Shown here: piece by piece, positions 7,923 through 13,652 of the stretch
Numbering within the stretch: the first letter of the stretch is position 1
How the letters are laid out: every line of letters starts with the position of its first letter
Assembly: GCA_013306035.1 (NCBI GenBank)
Contig: JABUBF010000008.1
Location: 44,457-60,901 of the forward strand
Length of the DNA stretch: 16,445 bases
Direction: 5' to 3'
From: Nitrososphaerota archaeon
GTDB lineage: Archaea > Thermoproteota > Nitrososphaeria > Nitrososphaerales > UBA57
The notes under the pieces: generated by a model
Seen by the model: only the letters and a program-made list of their open reading frames with translations
The model's database searches: none
Told to the model about the DNA's origin: nothing
Translations under genes and position numbers: made by a program

Positions 7923-8798
7923 TTATTTTCTATTAGATAATTTCTTTTCTAATTTAATCAAATCGTCGTGATTAACGAGTTGATTGAATTTATCAAAGGT
8001 AATTAATTGATCTTCAATACCAAGAGAGGTTTGGTGTTTCTTTAGATAAGACAAAGAATCAAATACAGCCTTAGTAGATGCGTAAAGAGAGGTCAAGGGA
8101 AATAAGATAATTTTAAAACCGATTGTTTTTGCTTTTTTCATAGAGATTAAAGGAGTGCGTCCTCCTTCTAATTGGTTTAATAATAATGGAAGTTTCACTT
8201 GTTTTGCAATAATTTCTAGTTCGTCGACTTTGTTAGGAGCTTCTATAAATAAAATATCTGCGCCAGCTTTACTATATCGTTTAACTCTATCAATAGCCAT
8301 ATCTATTCCTTCGACTGCTAAACTATCAGTACGTCCTACAATCACCAAATCTGATTTTTCTTCTTTTCGACTTTGTGCAGCGGCAATTATTTTTGATTCC
8401 ATCTCATCGATGGGAATGACTAATTTTCCTTTCATATGTCCGCATTTTTTTGGCCATACTTGGTCTTCAAGAATAAGTCCTGCTGCGCCTGAACGAATAT
8501 AATCTTTGACAGTCCTCATAGTATTCAGAGAATTACCGTAGCCAGTATCTGCATCAGCAATTACAGGAATATCAATAGAATTACAAATATTAGAAACTCT
8601 TTCTTTCATTTCCGAAAAACTTACAAGACCAATGTCAGGAACGCCAAGTAAAGTTGCGGCAGTTCCATATCCCGTATGAAAAACTGCATCGAATCCTACT
8701 TGTTGTGCGATTTTTGCACTTAATGCGTCATATATTCCAGGTACAAAGATAGTTTTGTTTGTTTCGAGAAGTTTACGCAGAGACTTGGATTTATCCAT
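7923..8798 (-). CDS. Isocitrate lyase / PEP mutase superfamily enzyme (methylisocitrate-lyase or carboxy-PEP-mutase-like).
   Basis: 291 aa. DADTGYG metal-binding block and EDQVWPKKCGHMKGK, which matches the K-[KR]-C-G-H lyase-family signature with the catalytic Cys. Confidence 0.8.
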   Translation of the reverse strand: MDKSKSLRKLLETNKTIFVPGIYDALSAKIAQQVGFDAVFHTGYGTAATLLGVPDIGLVSFSEMKERVSNICNSIDIPVIADADTGYGNSLNTMRTVKDYIRSGAAGLILEDQVWPKKCGHMKGKLVIPIDEMESKIIAAAQSRKEEKSDLVIVGRTDSLAVEGIDMAIDRVKRYSKAGADILFIEAPNKVDELEIIAKQVKLPLLLNQLEGGRTPLISMKKAKTIGFKIILFPLTSLYASTKAVFDSLSYLKKHQTSLGIEDQLITFDKFNQLVNHDDLIKLEKKLSNRK

Positions 8799-8820
8799 AA
8801 TTTACAATATTATTGGTCAC

Positions 8821-8860
8821 TATTAATTATAACACAGTAATAGACTAATATTTTATAATA
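8821..8860. promoter_or_regulatory. Divergent promoter region between the ICL-family gene (minus) and the rhomboid gene (plus).
   Basis: TATTAATTAT (8821-8830) is centred about 27 nt upstream of the minus-strand ATG (8798). TTTTATAATA (8851-8860) is centred about 27 nt upstream of the ATG at 8883. Confidence 0.4.
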
Positions 8861-8882
8861 CAAGAATTATAAGTAGATAGAT

Positions 8883-9506
8883 ATGGAATTCAATGAGAAT
8901 AGTTATAGACAGCCAAGGATTACACAGGCAAAATGGACTCTGAGGTTTATTGGAATATCAGTTATATTTTTTATATTTCAAAATATTCTTGGCCCAGAGA
9001 TTTGGCAATATTTTGCATTTTTCCCTGCACTGGCAATAAAATGGCCATGGACTTTAATAACTTCAGTATTTCTTCATGCAGATTTTAATCATTTATTGTT
9101 CAATATGTTTGCATTATTTTTCTTTGGGTCATATTTAGAAAGATTGTTGGGAAGTAACAGATTTTTGATAATATTCATATCTGCTGGAATAGTTGGGAAT
9201 ATAGGATATTTTGTGACTGCATCAAACAACATGATACCAGCAATAGGCGCGTCTGGTGCAGCTTATGGGCTAATGGGTACATTGGTAGTTCTAGCTCCAT
9301 TTATGTCGGTATATATTTGGGGACTATTACCTGTGCCAATGATAATATTAACTGCAGTATATGCGTTCATTGACGTTATTGGATTGTCTGCCCCTTCAGG
9401 AATAGCACATGGCGCACACTTAGCAGGATTAATTGTAGGAATAGTATTTGGATTGTATCTAAGACCGTATTTTGGCTACAAAAGAAAAAGAGATATAGAT
9501 CTATAA
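8883..9506 (+). CDS. Rhomboid-family intramembrane serine protease.
   Basis: 207 aa and multi-TM. Contains HADFNHLLFNM, the catalytic-Ser block GASGAAYGLMG (GxSG) and the catalytic-His block AHGAHLAGL. Confidence 0.85.
   Translation: MEFNENSYRQPRITQAKWTLRFIGISVIFFIFQNILGPEIWQYFAFFPALAIKWPWTLITSVFLHADFNHLLFNMFALFFFGSYLERLLGSNRFLIIFISAGIVGNIGYFVTASNNMIPAIGASGAAYGLMGTLVVLAPFMSVYIWGLLPVPMIILTAVYAFIDVIGLSAPSGIAHGAHLAGLIVGIVFGLYLRPYFGYKRKRDIDL
9480..9489 (-). terminator. Candidate oligo-T termination tract for the GT2 gene, embedded in the rhomboid C-terminal codons.
   Basis: Plus strand AAAAGAAAAA reads TTTTTCTTTT on the minus strand, 18-27 nt downstream of the GT2 stop codon. Archaeal terminators are typically oligo-T runs. 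Confidence 0.3.
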
Positions 9507-10652
9507 TTATTTTTTTGTATAGGCACGTCCACGCCAAACAAATGAAGAATTTGAATATATTTTAAAGACTGAAAGAATCATACAGTAAAAGAATATCAGA
9601 TTAGTAATTGGTTGAAAGAGTATATACAACTTAGAATGATTAATATCAACAAATTCGATAAGATACGATATTCCCATAAAAGTTATAGTGAGAAGAATTA
9701 AGACAGAATATAAAATTTCTAATGAAGTTACAAAAAAGATTAGAAAATAAGGAAGTACAAGACCTATAAACGCGAGAAAGATAGATATTAATCCAAGAAA
9801 CAAATGAGATTCTATAAATGATGCAGATGTTGCACGTTGTACAGCATCAATATTATTGGTAAAGCCAGTATTAGAATAGGTTGTAACAAAATCACCAGAA
9901 CGTATCAGTTTTAGATTATAACCAGATTTTTTAAGACGTTCGCCAAGAGATTTATCTTCAACAAAGGATGATTTTATACTTTCATGACCGCCAACATCAT
10001 CATATATCTGTTTTTTAATTAAAATAAAACCACCAACAAGATAAGCAATAGATGTACTTTTTGAGTTTAATAATAAAGGAGAATACAATATATTAATCAT
10101 AGAAATCAAGATAGGCAAAATAAGTTTCCCCCAAAAGTCAGAACATGTTAATTGAGGAAACATAGTAAATACGTCAAGATTACTATTTTGCATATAGGAT
10201 AAAGAAGATTTGATTGAATGAGTTTGATGTTCCGTATCAGCGTCGATAAATAATAATAATGAACCATTGGATATTTTAGATCCTTCATGACATGCACGGT
10301 TTTTTCCAACCCAAGTTTTATCATCATTATTTAATTTTAAAAGTGAGAATCTATCATTATTCTGACAAAACTGGTTGGCAATATGGTATGTATCGTCAGT
10401 AGAATTATCGTCTACAACAATTACCTCAAAATTACTATAAGTTTGTTTCTGTATGGATTCTAAACAACGAAGGATATTTAATTTTTCATTTCTAGCGGGA
10501 ATGATAATTGAGATTAACGGATTATGCAAAGGGTTTTCGTCTAAACTTAATTTATCTATATTGAAAAAACTGAATATTCGGAAAAGAAGAATAATAAACC
10601 AAGATAATGCCAGTATCGGAATAATAATTTCCAATAATGTATAAAATATCAC
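9507..10652 (-). CDS. Family-2 glycosyltransferase with one N-terminal TM helix and several C-terminal TM helices.
   Basis: 381 aa. ISIIIPARNEKLNILRCLESIQKQTYSNFEVIVVDDNSTDDT is the canonical GT2 (GT-A) N-terminal block, followed by the FIDADTE (DxD) motif and a hydrophobic C-terminal third. There is no ATG at the N-terminus; the start is apparently GTG (rc of 10650-10652). Confidence 0.8.
   Translation of the reverse strand: MIFYTLLEIIIPILALSWFIILLFRIFSFFNIDKLSLDENPLHNPLISIIIPARNEKLNILRCLESIQKQTYSNFEVIVVDDNSTDDTYHIANQFCQNNDRFSLLKLNNDDKTWVGKNRACHEGSKISNGSLLLFIDADTEHQTHSIKSSLSYMQNSNLDVFTMFPQLTCSDFWGKLILPILISMINILYSPLLLNSKSTSIAYLVGGFILIKKQIYDDVGGHESIKSSFVEDKSLGERLKKSGYNLKLIRSGDFVTTYSNTGFTNNIDAVQRATSASFIESHLFLGLISIFLAFIGLVLPYFLIFFVTSLEILYSVLILLTITFMGISYLIEFVDINHSKLYILFQPITNLIFFYCMILSVFKIYSNSSFVWRGRAYTKK
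9510..9516 (+). terminator. Candidate oligo-T (T7) termination tract for the rhomboid gene, embedded in the GT2 C-terminal Lys-Lys codons.
   Basis: TTTTTTT lies 4 nt after the rhomboid TAA. On the other strand the same bases encode the last Lys-Lys of the GT2 protein. Confidence 0.4.
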
Positions 10653-10669
10653 AGTATTATCTGGGTTTT

Positions 10670-10700
10670 AGGTTATTTATCTAACAAGGTTTATTTATTA
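10670..10700. promoter_or_regulatory. Divergent promoter region with two directly repeated AGGTT(T)ATTTAT boxes.
   Basis: AGGTTATTTAT (10670-10680) lies about 24 nt upstream of the GT2 start (10652, minus). AGGTTTATTTAT (10687-10698) lies about 25 nt upstream of the PAS ATG (10720). Confidence 0.35.
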
Positions 10701-10719
10701 CCATAGTTGAGTGGTAATT

Positions 10720-11055
10720 ATGAGTGAAGATAAATTTCCAGTATCAGGAATAGCATGTGATTTACAAGGAAATATAACCGAATTCGGCAAAGGTGCTGAA
10801 GAATTATTCGGATATACGAGAGACGAATTAATAGGCAAAGGAAATGTAGGAATGTTTCATATCGAAGCAAACTTACAAACTTTAGTCCCGTCATTACTCC
10901 AAACCGCTTCAGAGAAAGGTGAATGGGAAGACATAGTAGAATTAGTACGAAAAGACGGATCACATTTCAAAGGAAAATTAAATGTTAAACCATTGATGCA
11001 AGATGGTCAACAAATTGGCTTCATGGGAAAAACAGAGTTTATTGAGAATATCTAG
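10720..11055 (+). CDS. Stand-alone PAS-domain sensor protein with no output domain.
   Basis: 111 aa from the ATG at 10720 (the track starts at a GTG at 10711). GIACDLQGNITEFGKGAEELFGYTRDELIGK ... VRKDGSHFKGKLNVKPL matches the PAS-fold pattern. Confidence 0.7.
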   Translation: MSEDKFPVSGIACDLQGNITEFGKGAEELFGYTRDELIGKGNVGMFHIEANLQTLVPSLLQTASEKGEWEDIVELVRKDGSHFKGKLNVKPLMQDGQQIGFMGKTEFIENI

Positions 11056-11064
11056 AGAAAAATA

Positions 11065-11070
11065 AGGTGA
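11065..11070 (+). promoter_or_regulatory. Shine-Dalgarno-like motif AGGTGA upstream of the TTG start of the prenyltransferase gene.
   Basis: AAGGTGATTAATTG: GGTGAT is complementary to the conserved 3' end of 16S rRNA (..GAUCACCUCC..) and sits 4 nt before the TTG at 11075. Confidence 0.4.
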
Positions 11071-11074
11071 TTAA

Positions 11075-12025
11075 TTGAAACTAGAAGTCTGGGCAAAAGA
11101 ATTAAGAATTCCATTTCTCAGTCTTCCAGCAATTTTTGTGCCACTTGGAATAACTGTCGCTTTACTAGATGGATATTTCAATCTAGTACATGGCATATTA
11201 ACACTAATTGGAATTGTATGTATACATGCAAGTGTTAATGTCTTAAATGATTATTTTGATTTTAAGAGTGGAATAGATACAGCTACCACACCAACACCAT
11301 TTAGTGGAGGAAGTAGAGTGCTTCCAGAAAATCTTTTAACTCCGAGAAGTGTTTTGATTGGAGGAATAATACTACTTGCAATCGGATCTTTGATAGGATT
11401 ATATTTTCTTTATATATTTAATTTTCCGCCATTATTAATTGCATTAATTTCAATTGCAATAATTACATCGGTTGCATATTCGCCAGTGCTATCAAAAATT
11501 GGGGTAGGAGAAGTTTTTGTATTTTTGAATTTCGGTCCATTGTTATTCACAGGTGTATATTACATTCAAAGTGGTGGTTTAATCAGTACAGAAGCAATAG
11601 TTGTTGGATCAATAGTAGGATTAATGACTACAGGAATACTGTACATTAATCAATTTCCAGATACAGATGCAGATAAATCAAAAGGAAGATTTCATTTAGT
11701 TGCAAGATTAGGAAAAAAACGTGCTGCAGGAATATACAAGTATATAGTTAATGCTAGTTATGTCATAATAATACTTGGAATAGTTACATTTACAATACCG
11801 CCAACAACAATAATTGCACTAATCACTATTCCGAAATTCAGAGTTGCAAATACCATATTACAGAAAGAATATGAAAAAATCATGGAATTAATTCCTGCAA
11901 TGGGAAACACTGTAATGGGAACAATACAAAGTGGAATATTATTATTGGTAGGGTATTTAATTTGGTATTTCTTATCAATATATTTCCCCGGAGTGACAAC
12001 AATTCTTCCTGAAAATATCAGCTAA
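11075..12025 (+). CDS. menA: UbiA-family aromatic prenyltransferase, MenA-like (1,4-dihydroxy-2-naphthoate polyprenyltransferase).
   Basis: 316 aa with about 8-9 TM helices. First Asp-rich motif NVLNDYFDFKSGID (NDxxDxxxD) and second motif YINQFPDTDADKSKGR, with overall MenA-like spacing. TTG start preceded by an SD-like motif, 19 nt after the PAS gene. Confidence 0.75.
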   Translation: MKLEVWAKELRIPFLSLPAIFVPLGITVALLDGYFNLVHGILTLIGIVCIHASVNVLNDYFDFKSGIDTATTPTPFSGGSRVLPENLLTPRSVLIGGIILLAIGSLIGLYFLYIFNFPPLLIALISIAIITSVAYSPVLSKIGVGEVFVFLNFGPLLFTGVYYIQSGGLISTEAIVVGSIVGLMTTGILYINQFPDTDADKSKGRFHLVARLGKKRAAGIYKYIVNASYVIIILGIVTFTIPPTTIIALITIPKFRVANTILQKEYEKIMELIPAMGNTVMGTIQSGILLLVGYLIWYFLSIYFPGVTTILPENIS

Positions 12026-12080
12026 TTTTCTATAAAAGCTAACAACAAAGATTATATCGAAGAATGCTTTTCTTATTATC

Positions 12081-12362
12081 ATGAGACAGTTTAAAATTAT
12101 AGCAGAACAATCTAAAAAAGTATTTGAAGAAGAATTAAATAAATTATCAGAAGATGGATGGGAGATAATTCATTATGGTAGTTCAGTAAGTATTGGTTCA
12201 ACACGTTCAAATACAGTGGCATTATTCAGTGCTGTATTAGAAAAAGAAAAAGCTGTTTCAATAAAAAAGAAAACAAAAACAGATAAGAAAAAATCATCTA
12301 CAGTAGCAAGAAAAACTACTGAAAATTCAATTTCAAGCACAAATGATTTTCAATTAAATTAG
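12081..12362 (+). CDS. Small DUF4177-like protein with a Lys-rich C-terminal tail.
   Basis: 93 aa. N-terminal MRQFKIIAEQ...ELNKLSEDGWEIIHYG resembles the DUF4177 pattern (x-YK-h-h ... LN-x-x-x-x-x-GWEL-h). The tail KKKTKTDKKKSS is low complexity. Confidence 0.55.
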   Translation: MRQFKIIAEQSKKVFEEELNKLSEDGWEIIHYGSSVSIGSTRSNTVALFSAVLEKEKAVSIKKKTKTDKKKSSTVARKTTENSISSTNDFQLN

Positions 12363-13162
12363 CTTTCAACAGGAAGATTGTCGCGAGTACTCCAATCAGC
12401 AAATGAGCGATCGTAAATTTTAACATTATTGTATTCACAAAGTTGTAATGCAACAAATGTATGAGATGCTCTTTCTCCTACTTGACAATAACAAATTATT
12501 TCTTTATCTTTTGTAATACCAAATTTTTCAAATAGATTATTTAGATTTTCAATGGTTTTAAAGATGTAACCATCATCTCCAACTGCCAATTCCCAGGGAA
12601 AGTTTTTTGAATTTGGGATTCTACCGGATTTTGGTCCAGCGGCAATAATTCCATTGAACTCATCAGGACTACGAGTATCTAGTAAGATTGAACCAGAGTC
12701 ATCAAGTTTGGATAATACATATTCATGATCAACTTTGAAATCAAGTTTAGATTGAGTTATAACAAAATCGGTATTATTAATTGCTTCAACTTTATCAGTA
12801 ACAGGATAACCTATGGACATCCATTTAGAGAAACTGAGATCAAGATATTTTACTTTAAGACCATAATATGTTAATGACCAAAATAGACGTGAAGCAGTTG
12901 TGCCACCACGATCGCCGCAAATTACAAGAACAGAATCATTTTTAACTCCAAGAATACTAAGCAACTCTTCGATTTTTTCCTTAGGAGCGATGTCAAAATA
13001 CGAAGAATCTGCATTAAAGTCTAAGATTTTATCGTATGGAACGAGCTTGGAATTAGGAATATGTGCTGAACTATATTCTCTAGGAGATCGAATATCAAGA
13101 ACAACAACATTAGAATCAAGAAGATTGTCTTTTAGCCATTCGGCGTTTAACAAAATAGACAT
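12359..13162 (-). CDS. Tandem-rhodanese sulfurtransferase (thiosulfate / 3-mercaptopyruvate sulfurtransferase type).
   Basis: 267 aa with two rhodanese repeats. The N-terminal domain appears inactive (VLDIRSPREYSSAHIPNS ... GDRGGTTASRLFW). The C-terminal domain appears catalytic, with the active-site loop CYCQVGERASH (C-x4-R-[ST]). The ATG overlaps the stop of the upstream TusA gene (TAATG). Confidence 0.85.
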   Translation of the reverse strand: MSILLNAEWLKDNLLDSNVVVLDIRSPREYSSAHIPNSKLVPYDKILDFNADSSYFDIAPKEKIEELLSILGVKNDSVLVICGDRGGTTASRLFWSLTYYGLKVKYLDLSFSKWMSIGYPVTDKVEAINNTDFVITQSKLDFKVDHEYVLSKLDDSGSILLDTRSPDEFNGIIAAGPKSGRIPNSKNFPWELAVGDDGYIFKTIENLNNLFEKFGITKDKEIICYCQVGERASHTFVALQLCEYNNVKIYDRSFADWSTRDNLPVES

Positions 13163-13389
13163 TATTTTTTCCTCAAAATAAATTTCAGATGATTATTTTC
13201 TTCTTTAATTTCAATTATTTCATGTCCGACACGATTAGCCCACGCAGGTATATCTTCTTTAGAAGCTGGATCAGTAGCAGATATTTCAAGAACCTGTCCA
13301 CTTTCCATCTTGGAAATAAATTGTTTAGTCTTAAGAACGGGAATTGGGCATACAAGTCCTTTTACATCAAGTGATTGATCTATTTTCAT
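13162..13389 (-). CDS. tusA: TusA/SirA-family sulfur-carrier protein (paralogue 1).
   Basis: 75 aa from the ATG at 13387-13389 (the track starts at a TTG at 13401). LDVKGLVCPIPVLKTKQ contains the CPxP persulfide-carrying Cys motif, and SATDPASKEDIPAWANRVGHEI is a typical TusA core. Confidence 0.8.
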   Translation of the reverse strand: MKIDQSLDVKGLVCPIPVLKTKQFISKMESGQVLEISATDPASKEDIPAWANRVGHEIIEIKEENNHLKFILRKK

Positions 13390-13393
13390 AAGA

Positions 13394-13399
13394 ATCACC
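13394..13399 (-). promoter_or_regulatory. Shine-Dalgarno-like GGTGAT upstream of TusA paralogue 1.
   Basis: The minus strand reads TTGGTGATTCTTATG, so GGTGAT sits 4 nt before the ATG. This supports the ATG at 13389 as the start and internal translation initiation within a polycistronic mRNA. Confidence 0.4.
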
Positions 13400-13409
13400 A
13401 AGAAATAAT

Positions 13410-13649
13410 TTAGTTATTATTGTTTTTTATGGAAATCTTGAAAACACCTTCGTCGGTTTCTTCGGAACTGAGAACCTCGTGTCCGTCTTTTTTAACTGCT
13501 GAAGGAATATTTATTGTAGAAGGTAAGTGATCAACAATAACTTCTAAGACTTCTCCGTCTTCTAATGTTTTTAGTTCTTTAAGAGTGAAGATAACTGGCC
13601 ATGGGCATACTTGTCCAATGAGATCGAGTTTCTTACTTTGTTGTTGCAT
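13410..13649 (-). CDS. TusA/SirA-family sulfur-carrier protein (paralogue 2, divergent).
   Basis: 79 aa. LDLIGQVCPWPVIFTLKE keeps the CPxP Cys motif. The downstream core is divergent (VDHLPSTINIP rather than the TDP-x-S-x-x-DI of paralogue 1). The ATG lies 3 nt after the stop of the SelD-like gene and is preceded by GGAGTGGA. Confidence 0.75.
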   Translation of the reverse strand: MQQQSKKLDLIGQVCPWPVIFTLKELKTLEDGEVLEVIVDHLPSTINIPSAVKKDGHEVLSSEETDEGVFKISIKNNNN

Positions 13650-13652
13650 TAA

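Noticed and set aside
5588-8502. Antisense ORFs 5588-5782, 6677-6892, 7283-7534, 7555-7791 and 8155-8502.
   Set aside because: Each is nested in a well-supported CDS (pyrC, the GT-B glycosyltransferase or the ICL-family enzyme) and lacks recognisable motifs.
7923-8798. Possibility that this is a true PEP mutase marking a phosphonate biosynthesis cluster.
   Set aside because: True PEP mutases lack the K-K-C-G-H catalytic-Cys signature present here. No phosphonopyruvate decarboxylase or other phosphonate genes are adjacent.
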